A stretch of 64,000 bases of DNA from the human T2T-CHM13v2.0 reference genome, Homo sapiens. Shown in pieces: positions 26,392 to 43,866 of the stretch. Below the pieces are notes generated by a model. The model ran no database searches and was not told the DNA's origin. It saw only the letters and a list, made by a program, of their open reading frames with translations. The stretch is taken from the NCBI RefSeq assembly GCF_009914755.1, contig NC_060935.1; one strand, given 5' to 3'. Positions within the stretch are counted from its first letter, which is position 1; each line of letters starts with the position of its first letter. The translations under genes were made by a program, and so were the position numbers.

Positions 26392-26869
26392 TAAAAAAGT
26401 TTCTCCTGAAAGGCAGAGAGAACACATAGTTTTATTTAAAAAATACATTAGAAACAAGTATATTTAGAAAATATATGCTTTTATTATTTATGAATTTAAA
26501 AAAACGACTCAATGAAACAAAAAGTGAAAGACGAATAAAAAAGGTAACAGACTGAGAGGAGAGAATCAGCCTGAGGCAGAGATGAGGGGGAACTAGATAA
26601 TGTAAAGAAACCACGATGGGAGAGTTAATATCTGTACTCAAAACAGTAAAACGGCAAGTAACAAAAAACACCATTTAAAATTGAGTAAGTAATGTGGAAG
26701 ACAATTAAAGTTCTTTGAGAATAGGAGGGAAAGAACAGAGAGATTAAACTGGTGTGAAAGGCTCCTTCAGTGTTTGGGGACTAGCTCATATCAGAATAAC
26801 ATGCTTGCCCTTCATAATCATAAACTCAAGATGAAATAGAAATGACAGCTGTTTTAAAGACTGGTGAGT

Positions 26870-27210
<341 letters not shown>

Positions 27211-27219
27211 CCACTGGTG

Positions 27220-30241
<3,022 letters not shown>

Positions 30242-30359
30242 TAATATTAATTCAAGATAGACTGATAAGGATGCATACTATAACTTTCAGAGAAACTACT
30301 AAAAATATAATGATATCTAGATAAAAAGCAAATAGAAGTATTAAAACTGAATATTGAAA

Positions 30360-31300
<941 letters not shown>

Positions 31301-31301
31301 T

Positions 31302-32131
31302 ACCATCATCCCTTGGCATCTGTTGGGGATTGGTTCCAGGACCTCCTGGAATACCTAGACAGTATTTGCATAAAAACTGTGCACACCGTCCTGTGTACAG
31401 TTGGCCCTTGAACAACATGGGGGCCAAGAGTGCCAGCCCCTCATGCAGGTGAAAATCCAAGTATAACTTTTGATTTCCCCCAAACTTAACTACTAATAGC
31501 CTCCTGTTGGCTGGAAACCTTACTAACAACATAAACAGTTGGTTAACACATATTTTGTCTGTTATATGTATCATAGACTGTATTCTTATAATAAAGTAAG
31601 CTAGAGGAAAGAAAATGTTATTATGAAAATCATAAGGAAGAGAAAATATATTGACTATGTATAAAGTGGAAGTGGGTCATCCCAAACGTCTTCATCCTGG
31701 TTGTCTTCTTGTTGAGTAGGCTGAGGAGGAGGAGAAGGAGGAGGAGGGGTTGGTTTCAAAGGTGGCAGAGGTGGAAGAGATGGAGGAGGTGGAAGGGGAG
31801 TCGGGAGAGGCAGGCATACTTGGTGCAACTTTCGTGGAAAAAACTCCATGCATAAGAGGACACACACAGTTACAACCCCTGTCATTCAAGGGTTGACTGC
31901 ACTGTAAGTCATCGCTGGATTACTCATAACACCAAAGACAACACCCACACACCCCTTCATTCCCGTGGATTCAGCGTGGAGCTCGGCTGTGTGACCTCAA
32001 CGTGTGACCTCAGTGGCAGATTCAGGTTTTGCTTTTTTGGAACATTGTGACTTTTTTTTTCCTGAATATTTTTGATCAGCCGTTGGTTGAGTCAACAGAT
32101 GCAGAAGCCACAGACATGCATGGCTGGCTGT
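31302..32131. mobile_element. MER2-like DNA transposon containing a nested Tigger2-family element (31398-31899)
   Basis: MER2-like start CCCTTGGCATCTGTTGGGGATTGGTTCCAGGACC; inner terminal inverted repeats CAGTTGGCCCTTGAA and TTCAAGGGTTGACTG, TA on the left flank. Confidence 0.75.
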
Positions 32132-32156
32132 ATTAACTTAAAATGAATTCATCTTA

Positions 32157-32529
<373 letters not shown>

Positions 32530-33778
32530 TTATTATGGGTAAATTATATCTCAACAAATTTTATTTCAAAAGAAAACAAGAATATCGATTCACTGAAAGG
32601 AAAGCAGGCAAAGAAGATCGAAGGAACAAAGAATGCATGGGTTACACATAAAGCAAAGTGCAAGACGGTGGGCTGAACTTGCCCTACCTGTAAAACAGCA
32701 ATATTGAAGCGATGATAAAATAAAACATGTCTGAGTCAAAGCAAGACTTCATTTATTCGGCTAGTTGAGAGTCTCTCACGTGTCATTCATCAAGGTGCAC
32801 AAAACCAGACAAGATCCTTCTTGTCAGTGGGATAAGAGTTTAGTGGGATCATAATATTTCAGTTGTATAATCTCATCAATCAATGGGTAACTGCAGAAGG
32901 GAACACATTTCTGTGGGGAAATTCAATACGGGGAGCTGAGCGGGGTGTAGGCAGGGGAGATGGCCTTGCACGGGGTGGCTGGGGGAGGCGGGGGGTGGCT
33001 GGGGGAGGGAGGGGGTAGCTGGGGGAGGCGGGGGTGGTGGGAGGAGGCGGGGTGCTCAGACAGAAGCAGCTGCAGGGAAGCCCTGGGGTGGGGGAACAGG
33101 CCCTGGAAAACTGCTAAGGCAATCAATTAGAAAGAATATTTCCCATGCATTTTTCCTGCAAACAGAAAGGACTGGAAGACATACATAAGCCCATCAAGAT
33201 ACAATCTCAGCAAAAAACCACAAAAGCGGCAGACAAAACCAAACCTCAAGAAAGGCAAAGTTGTACATTCAGAAGGTCTGGAATGACTGGGTTTAGGGGT
33301 CATCCCGGCCATTTGCTGCAATGGCTGCCACAGATTGCAAAGAGCACAGTCAATTCTTGGAGGAGGACAAGGGGAGGTGTCATGTTTACAATCCAGAGTG
33401 CACAGCCCAGAACTGAGACCTGGAAAGGAGGGGCCAGCAGGAGGAAGGGAAGGGGTAGTGACGTCTCTTCCACACGCACAAGCAAATCAGGGTCACTCAT
33501 AGAAACACAGATCCCAGGGTTAAAAGGATGACCTCTATAGTCATGAAAACAGAGTGAAGACCTGCAAGAGGAAACGGCAAAGGGAGCACAAACCCGGCTG
33601 CACAAGAACAGACCGGAGAAAGGTCAGGACTCTCAGGCCAGGGACTGAGGAGCCAGCGATAAGCCATGGCAGTAAAGGCTGACTGAATGCCCCTATGAAA
33701 AGGAGGCTGGAGATGGGGCTGAAAAGAAAAGAGCACGCCCACAGCCTCACTGCACGTTGTTTGAAAGAGACACAGCTA

Positions 33779-34278
<500 letters not shown>

Positions 34279-34299
34279 TCATTAAAAAACATAGTGCTG

Positions 34300-37200
34300 C
34301 TGCTCCCAGATGATGGCATAGCTCTTATTTTCCCTGTCTTCCTCCTAAGTACAAAGAAGAATCCTGAATATTAGACATGAAAGAAATGTAGGAAGGCTCC
34401 GGAAGGTGGAGAGGAGAGGGCAGACCAGTCGGGGACCTCGGGCCCCAGGAAAGACCCATTGCAAGTTCCCTGGGTTTTGCTTTTGCCTCATGGATCCCAG
34501 GCCTGGAGCTGGAGAAGCTGGCAGTGTGGACACTTCAACACATGTACACCAAAAAAAGGCCCCACCAGTCCCCGCCTCCTGGAGCCAGCGTGATCAGGAA
34601 AGTAGCTGCCCGGCAAAGCAGAAGGCTTTTAGGTGATAACTGCCCTGCTCCAGCTGGACACCACGGAAAACCTGCACTCCACTGGAGCAAAGTCTGGGCA
34701 GGGCTGGGCAGGGCTGGGCACCCACCCTGGTGGCTGGAATGAGGCGCCCCAGGTGGCCCCAGGGCTGGTGTCCAAGTGGGCACAGCAGGAGGCTGGGGTC
34801 ATCCCAGTGGGTGGTTCTGAACCGCTTTCTCTGTGACCAGTGATGGGGATGGTGGAGACCACACGGGGTTAGGGGGCTTGGATTTCCACCCCATCCCTGG
34901 TGTTGAAACACTCCTCCTCTTCCCCATGAGGAGTGTCAGAGGAGGCTGGGCCGAGAGTCATGACTTTGACCACTGCTCAGTGTAACAGGGCCCCCTCCAT
35001 CATGCCTGTGGAGGGAATGAGAGCAGCAACGAGGCGCCATGCCCCTCCCAGCCAGAAGGCATCGGTGAGGGCTCCACCCTGCCCGGCAGGCATGGACAAA
35101 ACCCCTGGGGTGTTAAGAGAGGGCCGGTGGGGAATGAGCACTTCCACACCACAAGCTGCCCCTTCCCTTCATTAATCTGTGCCAGAGGAAGTCAACGAGA
35201 AAGGTTTAAATAAGATCCAGAGTCTCGTAGCAATCTCCAAAATGCCCAGGTTTCAATAACAAATTGCTCATCATCCCAAGACCCAGGAAGATCTCAGACT
35301 GAATTCAAAAGGACAATCAGCAGAGGCTGACCCTGAGACAAAGAGGTGTTAGAATGATCTGGAAAGGGTTTTTGAGAAGCCCATAAAGTGCTTCATTTGT
35401 GAACAAATTGAAACCAATTTAAAAATAGAAAGTCTCAACAGATAATAGAAAATCCCAGCACAGAAACAGAACACACAAAGACGAACTGAATGGAAATGGT
35501 AGAACTGAAAATTACAATAATTGAAGAGATAAAAAACAAAAACAAGATTTCAATGAATGGGCTCAACACAGAGTAGAGGGAGAGTCCAGTGAGAGGAAGA
35601 AACAGTGAGCAGGGAGGTACAATAATAGACGTTATCAGACCCATCAGCGAAGAGAAAACAGACTGAACAGGATGAGAGAAACACACAGAGCCTCAGGAAC
35701 CATAGGGCTAGAACAAGAGACCCAGCATTCCAGGTGTTGGGGTCATGGGAGGAGAGAAAGAGGATGGGGATGGAAAAGAGCTCAAAGACCTAAGGTTGAA
35801 AACTCCCCAAACTTGCCAAAACACCCACAGATTCAAGAAGCTCGATGAACCCCTAACAGGATAAACCCAAGAAAATCCACAGCAAAACATCTCGTAGTCA
35901 AACTTTTGAAAACTATAAAAACAAAAAATTTTGGAAGTAGCAGGAGAGAAACAACATTTTACATATAAGGGAAAGACAGTTTGAGTAGCATTTGATTCCT
36001 CATCAGAAACCCCAAAGGCCAAAAAGAGCACAACATTTTTCAAATGCTGACAGAAAGGAACTGTCAGCCCAGAATGCTATATTCAGTGAAAGTATCCCCG
36101 AAGAAGGAAGAGGAAGTTAAGGCATTTTCAGATGAAGGAAAAGTAAGAGAAATTTCCACCAGAAGATGTACCCTGAAAGCTTCAAAATAGTTGAACCAAA
36201 TCTGATAAAACTGAAAGGAGAAATGCACCCATTTCTAATTATAGCTAGAGACATCAACACCCCTGTCTAAACAATTAATAGAACAACTAGGCAGAAAGTC
36301 AACAAAGATGTGGAAAAACTTAACACCATCAACCAACAGGACCAACATTTGTAGAGCTCCACCCAACCACAGAACACACATTCTTTTCAAATGTGCACGG
36401 AACACATTCCAGGAGAGGCCGTGTCCTGGGCCTGAACACAAACTTTAGCACATTTCACATACTGACATCACACTCCAGCATGTTCTCTGACAACAATGAC
36501 ATCAAATTAGAAATGAACAACAGAAAGTTAACAGGAAAATCTCCAAACATTCAGAAACTAGAGAACAGACCTCCAAATAATCTGTGGGCCAATGAGGAAG
36601 TCTCAAGGGAAGTTTTAAAAAACAACAACATTGAACTCAATGAAAACGAAAATGCAACATATCAAAAATTGAGGGACATAGCCAGGCATGGAGACATGCA
36701 ACTGGGGTCCCAGCTTCTCAGGAGGTTGAGGTGGGAGCATCACTAGAGGCTAGGAGTTTGAATCTAGCCTGGGCAACATAGCAAGACCCTATCTCTAAAA
36801 AATAAAAATAAAAAAATTGAGAGATACAGTCAAAGCAGTGCTGAGGGAAATTTGTAGCAGTAACAGAACACACTAGAAAAAAGGATGAGTCAAGTCAGTA
36901 ATCCATGCCACCCACTGAAGAAATGAGAAAAAGAAGCACAGGTTGCACACAGAGCAAACTGAAGGAAGGAAAGAGTAAAGACCTCAGTGAAACCGAAAGC
37001 AGGGAGACAGTGGCAGAAAGAAAAATACCAATAACACGGACAAGGCTCTAGCATTACAGCAAGAAACAAGAGCAAAGACACAAATGACCAAGGACAGGAC
37101 TAAAACAGGAGCAATCACTACAGACCCTGCAGATATCATGAGGGTGACAAGGGGCTGTGGCACACAACTCTGCACACAGAACTTTGGCACCTTAGATGAA

Positions 37201-38280
37201 ATATGCCAGTTCCTCAAAAAGCACAAGTGATCACAACTCAGCTAACACAAATAGATAACTGGGCAGCCCAATAAATGGTTGAGAACATTGAATTTATAAT
37301 TTTAAACTCCAAAAGAAGAAATTCCGGGCTCAGATGAGTTCAGCGGTGAATTCTGTAAAAACTTTAAAGAAGAATTAACACCAATCATACATAATTCTTC
37401 CAGAATGTAGAAGAGGAGGGCGTCTGTATGACCCAGATACTGAAATCATACAGGCAGGAGAAAAACAAAGCAAATCCAAACCAGAACTATGGACCAACAC
37501 CCCTCATGAAGATGGATACAGACTCTAACAAAATAACAGCAAAGAGAATTCAGTGCTATATGGAGCATTATCCATCTTAACCAAGAGGGATCTATTCCAG
37601 AAATGCAAGGTGGCCAGGTCAATATTTAAAAAATTAATGCAACCAGCCATATTAACAGGCCAAAGAAGAAAAATTGCACAAGCCTATCAATCAGAGCAGC
37701 AAAAACATTTGAAAAGACTCAACATTCATTCTTATAAATTCTCAAAAAATAAGAGTACAGGGAATTTCCTCAATGAGATAGAGAACAGCTACAAAAAAAG
37801 GAAACCAAAAAGCAAAAACCACTCCTGCTAACATTGTACCTAATGGTGAAGGCTGAGTTCTTCCTGTCTGACACTGGGAGCACGGTGAGGGTGTCCCCTC
37901 TCATCGCTCTTATTCAATGTACTGCTGGGAGTTCTGCCAGTGCAATAAAGCAAGAAAAGGAAATAAAAGGCAATTCGTTTGGAAGAAATAAAGCCGTCCC
38001 TATTTTTAAGTGACATGATTGTCTATATAGAAAATTCCAAAGATACTGAAATTAAAAAAAATCCAAGACTAATGTCTGTGCAGAAAGGTCAAAGGATACA
38101 GGATAAACACACAACAATGAATAGTATTTCTATTTAGTAGCAATGACCATGACTTCATCGACTTTAAAAATATACCACCATTCTCAATCACGCAAATAAC
38201 TTGAAACATGTAGGCGTAAATCTAACCAAACGTGGAGGACTTGTGTGCTTAAAACTACAAAACGCCGATGAAAGAAATCT
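34300..38280 (+). mobile_element. Second old L1 (L1M): 5' region, ORF1 and ORF2 remnants; includes a FLAM at about 36680-36815
   Basis: CAGATTCAAGAAGCTCGATGAACCCC (ORF1), ATGTTCTCTGACAACAATGACATCAAATTAGAAAT, TTCAATGTACTGCTGGGAGTTCTGCCAGTGCAATAAAGCAAG (ORF2); 5' boundary approximate. Confidence 0.85.
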
Positions 38281-38409
38281 TTCTTTTTTTTCATTTAGAA
38301 TCCATTTTTATTCCCACAAACAGTTCTGAAAAATATTAGAATTGGCAAATGGTTTACCATGAATGGAAAAAAAAAGCCCATTGATTTTCCTTTTTTCTTT
38401 TTTTTTGCT

Positions 38410-38832
38410 TAAATAATTTTATTATTTTTATTTTATTTTTCTATAAGTTACTGGGTTGTATTTGGGTATATGAGTAAGTTCTTTAGTGGTGATTTGTGAG
38501 ATTTTGGTGCACCCATTACCTGAGCAGTATACACTGCACCATATTTTTTGTCTTTTATCCCTCACCCCCTCCCACTCTTCCCCCCAAGTCCCCAAAGTCC
38601 ATTATATCATTCTTATGCCTTTGCATCCTCATAGCTTAGCTCCCACATATCAGTGAGAACATATGATGTTTGGTTTTCCATTCCTGAGTGACTTCACTTA
38701 GAATAATAGTCTCCAATCTCATCCAGGTCACTGCAAAAGCTGTTAATTCATTCCATTTTATGACTGAGTAGTATTCCATCAGATCTATATCTATATGTAT
38801 ATCTATACCTATATCTATATCTATATACCATC
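38410..38832 (-). mobile_element. L1PB-like 3' UTR fragment
   Basis: GTTCTTTAGTGGTGATTTGTGAGATTTTGGTGCACCCAT...CCCCAAAGTCCATTATATCATTCTTATGCC. Confidence 0.85.
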
Positions 38833-39488
38833 ACAGAGCAGGTAAACCTGTAGGGGTGCAAAACAGATATGTGGTGGCTGGAGACTGGGAGAGGGGACGG
38901 GGTTGGCTGTACAGGGCACGGGGGACCTTGTGGGGTGACCGAGCGACTGTCTCTGAGTGTGGTGATGGTTACCTGACTGTGTGTTCATCACAGCTCCCAG
39001 AACTGTAACCCTAACAGGAGTGGATCTTACTGTATGCAAATTATATCTTAATAAAAAATGAAAGATATATGTAAAGTTGATGTCGGAAAAAGTGCAGAGA
39101 AATTTTAAAAAGTTCAGTTATAGTATCTTACTCCATGACAGATAGAGTAGGCAAGAGGTGGAGAGAAGATTTGAATTATGTAATTAATAAGATTTATTTA
39201 CACATTTATTTCAAACTTTGTTCTCTAATACAGATAATACTCCTTCATCTTAGGCATCCATAGAATAGTTACAAAAATTAATCTTTTTTACATGTATTTT
39301 TTATTTTCAAGGTATAATTTGCATACAGTAAAATTCACTCTTGTTAGTGTGTAATTCTGTCCAATTTGTTGTCTACGGAATTGGCTGCAGTTTTCTCTGG
39401 GGCCTAATGTGAGATTAATTTTTGTGGCTATGGTCTCTAACAAAATACAACTGAAAATTGATAACAAACATGTGAATAAGACAAAAGA

Positions 39489-39928
<440 letters not shown>

Positions 39929-40119
39929 TCACTTTGCTCAAACCGTGTTTGCAGATCCAGGACCCCTTAAGAGATGTTACTTTGCATAAAGTGTTTGCCA
40001 CTTAGGTTTTCCCTAAGGGATGTTATGTGTTTAAGCTGCCATTAAGGTGCAGAGTGGTAAACCTGTTACAGTCACGTGTGGTCCGCAATTGCCACCAAGA
40101 CCATCCTGGCTGTGTGGAG

Positions 40120-40562
40120 CCGGGCTGCTGCCGTGGCAAAGGATCACAGCCCTGTGGCTGAGCACAGCACGCTCACGCCGTGCGGTCCGGGGGTGCCAAG
40201 TCTCCAGGGAGCTCGCAGGACTGCGTTCCTTCCAGAGGCTCCAGGGGAGGGTTCACGTCCTCGCCTCTTCCCGCTCTGGAGGCCGCGTCTCTTCCCCGGC
40301 GGACCGTCCTCTACCTGCAGAGCCATCGGGAGCCTCTGCTCTCCCCGACTGCCTCCCTCTCCTCCCGCTGTCTCTGTCTGCCTGACCTCTTTCTCTGACC
40401 CTCTTGCTTCTTTCACAAGAGCCCTTGTGGTTACTTCGGGCCCATCCAGATAATCCAGGACAACCTCCCCACCCAAGGCCCATTACTCTGTCCACCAGGT
40501 CCCTTCCCCCATGGCTCCAGGGTTTAGAATGCGGGCATCTCTGGGGCCATCATTCAGGCTAA
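40120..40562 (-). mobile_element. MLT1D-like LTR
   Basis: GGGCCCATCCAGATAATCCAGGACAACCTCCCCA, TTCCTTCCAGAGGCTCCAGGGGAG. Confidence 0.75.
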
Positions 40563-40569
40563 TGCTGTC

Positions 40570-41020
40570 AGTATATTAAAAACTGCATTTCTATATGCTA
40601 GCAACAAACTAGTAGAAAAGAGCATCAAAAAACTGCTACTGCCTAGAAATAAATTTAACAAAATGTCCCCATGACCTCTACACTAAAAACTGCAAAGAAT
40701 TGCAGAAATTCAAAAGGACCAAAATATGTGGAGATGTATTAATATAGTTGAAGACTCAATATTGTTAAAATGTCATTTTCCTCCAAACTGATCGGTAAAT
40801 TCAATCCCAATAAAAAATCCAGTTTTTTTTGGGTGGACATTGACAAGCGCCTTCTAAAATTTATACGGCCATGGAAAAGACCTGGGATAGCCATGACGAT
40901 CTTGACGAAGCAGAAAAAAACATTTCCAAGACTTAGAATGAAGCTCTTAGTCGAGACGGAGTGACATTGATATAAACTTAGACATTCAGATTAATGAGAC
41001 GAACTGAGAGCACAGAAATA
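40570..41020 (+). mobile_element. L1M ORF2 fragment
   Basis: GAAGACTCAATATTGTTAAAATGTCATTTTCCTCCAAACTGATC (RLNIVKMS). Confidence 0.8.
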
Positions 41021-41067
41021 GGCTGTCACCTGTACCGGGCAAACACACCGAGGAAAACCAAGAGTGC

Positions 41068-41106
<39 letters not shown>

Positions 41107-42216
41107 CACAGGGTTATGTGTCTGTATGTGTATGTATTTGTAGGCTTGTGTATGTGTTTCTGTGTTTGTGTGTTTGCAGGGTTCTATATGTGTTTGCATG
41201 TGTGTGTATGCAGGTTGTGAGTATGTGCTTGCGTGTTTGTGTGTTTGAATGGTTGCATGTGTTTGCATGTGCGTTTGCAGGGTTCTGTGTGTGTTTGCAC
41301 ATCTGCTTGTTTGCATGTGTGTTTGCAGGGTTGTGTCTCTGTTTGCATGTGTGTGTGTTTGTGTATGTATTTGCAGGGTTGTGTGTGTGTCTGTTTGCAT
41401 GTGTGTGTTTGCAGAGTTATGTATGTGTGTTTCCATGTTTGTGTGTTTGCAAGGTTCTGTGTGTGTTTGCATGTATGTGTATGCAGGTGTGTGTGGGCTT
41501 GTGTGTTTGCATGGTTGTGTGCGTGTTTGTGTGTGTGCTTGCATGTTGTGTGTGCTTTGTGTGTGTGCTTGCATGGTGTGTGTGCTTGATGTGTGTGTGC
41601 GCTTGTGTGTGTGTGTTTGCATGGTACGTGTGTGTGCTTGTGTGTGTGTTTGCATGGTATGTGTGTGTGCTTGCATTGTGTGTGTGTGCTTGCATTGTGT
41701 GTGTGTGCTTTGTGTGTGTGCTTACATGGTGTGTGTGTGCTTTGTGTGTGTGCTTACATGGTGTGTGTGTGTGTTTGCATGGTGTGTATGTGCGTGTGTG
41801 TGTGTTTGCATGGCATGTGTGTGTGCTTGTGTGTGTGTGCTTGCATGGTGTGTGTGTGCCTGTGTGTGTGTGCTTGCGTGGTGTGTGTGTGTTTGCATGG
41901 CGTGTGTGTGTGCTTGTGTGTGTGTGCTTGCATGGCGTGTGTGTGTTTGCATGGTGTGTGTGTGCTTGCATGGCGTGTGTGCTTGTGTGTGTGTGCTTGC
42001 ATGGTGTGCGTGTGTGTTTGCATGGTGTGTGTGCGCTTGTGTGTGTGTGTTTGCATGGTGTGTGTGTGTGCTTGCATGGTGTGTGTGTGCTTGTGTGTGT
42101 GTGTTTGCATGGAGTGTGTGTGTGTTTGCATGGTGTGTGTGTGTTTGCATGGTGTGTGTGCGCTTGTGTGTGTTGTTTGCATGGAGTGTGTGTGTGTTTG
42201 CATGGTGTGTGTGTGT
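41068..42216. repeat. ~1.15-kb (TG)n-rich array punctuated by TTTGCATG/CTTGCATG
   Basis: Seen directly. Confidence 0.95.
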
Positions 42217-43182
42217 GGACTGCTACTGCTGCCATGTCGCTGCAGTTCAATGGGTTTGTGCGTTGTGATCACACGGTCCTGCCCACAGAGCTGAATGGGC
42301 TATTGGGGTTTCCTTGGGTGAGTCCCAGGCTGTGTGTGGGGTGAGTGTGGGGCCTTTCTTGCACCGTTTAGCCTGGCACGCGTTGCCCTCTGTCTCTCTC
42401 CCAGGACCACATTCAGGTGCCAGGGCCTTTAATCCTGTGTCCCTTGTCCTACTTACTCCCTCTCCCCAGACTGTGGGACAGGCACCTGGGGCGCACTGTG
42501 GGGGCTCTGAGATGCAGGTGGGTGGGCCAGGCCTGCCGAGGGGAGGTGAGGCGAGCAGAGCCCTTTGAGGGTGATGGAGCTTGGCTGGCCCCATGGCCCG
42601 AACCCACCTGGCCTAGGGGCGTGGCTCAGAGCAGGTGCACACAGGGCTTATTCACCTGTGCATTCTTCAAACAGTCCAGGTGTGAGTGTGAGGCTGTGAA
42701 CACACCGGGGGTGTGTCTGCCAGGTGGGGCCCTGGACGGGGTGGCCCCCAGCACCTCTGGGTTTCCAGCCCCCAAAAGTGGGTGTCTCTGGGCCCACCTG
42801 CTCCTGGAGCTGGGCTCGCACTGGCCCTGGGAAGACAGCCTCCCCTGGGCATTTTGGGGACGCTGGGCCCAGCCCATGCCTCGTGGCTCAGCTTCCCTCA
42901 GCCAATACTTTCGAGACATGTATTTCGAGACATCCCTGGAGACATGGCCAGTATATTTGTATTTTATATGAACCCGGAAGGCTGGACCTGAAGAGGCCCC
43001 CTGGGTGAGGGGGCCAGGCTGAGCTCGAGTTCCCCAGGGCCTCCAGCAAGAAAGGCACCCAATGCCTCCTTACAGGAGGAGCAGGCGCATGTCCACAGAA
43101 GATCTGAAAAGACCCCATCAAAATATTCGTGGGTGTCTTCTCAAGACGAGGGGGGCAATTTTCGCTTTACATTTTGTTCCAA

Positions 43183-43690
43183 TTTTTTATTGTTGTAAAA
43201 AACACATAACATAAAGTTGACGTTTTTTGCCACTGCTGGGTGCACAGTGCAGTGCTGTTAGGACATTCACACTGCCGTGCGGCCCGCAGAGCCACCATCT
43301 CCAGAACATCTTCGTCTTGCAGAACTGAAGCTCTGTCTTGTTAAACACCAGGTCCCCACTCCCCGTGCCCAGCCCCTGCCCAGCCCTGGCGGCCACCATC
43401 TGCTTTCTGTGTGTGTGGATTTGGCGGCCCCAGCCGCTGGTGTAGTGGAACCACGTGGCGTTTGCCCTTCCGTGGATGGCTTGTCTCTCCAAGCCAATGT
43501 CCTTGGATCCGCCTACACTGCCGCCTATGCCAGGGCCTCCTTCCTTTTGGGGGCTGCTTGGTGCTCCCCGGCACAATGGGCCTCACCTTGTTTTCCCCCA
43601 GATTCGTGGACAGACACCAGGCTGCTTCCACCTCTTGGCTGTGGTCAACAAGACTGCTGACCCTGCTTTCAATTCTTTGTGATTTTGCAC
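43183..43690 (-). mobile_element. L1MB-like 3' UTR fragment
   Basis: AAAACACATAACATAAAGTTGAC...CCACCATCTCCAGAACATCTTCGTCTTGCAGAACTGAAGCTCTGT. Confidence 0.75.
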
Positions 43691-43723
43691 TGAGAAAAAT
43701 ACCTTTTAAATGCACGGTCAGAA

Positions 43724-43866
43724 TTTGGTGGACGACACCCCACCCTGCGTATGCATTTGGTGGACGCCCCACCCTGCGTATGCATTTGGTGGACGCCCCA
43801 CCCTGCGCATGCATTTGGTGGACGCCCCACCCTGCGTATGCATTTGGTGGATGACGCCCCACCCTG
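43724..43866. repeat. 29-bp VNTR TTTGGTGGACGCCCCACCCTGCGTATGCA, about 5 copies
   Basis: Period 29 (for example 43742 and 43771). Confidence 0.93.

Noticed and set aside
41064-42344. Cys/Val-rich ORFs up to 426 aa
   Set aside because: Translation of a (TG)n array
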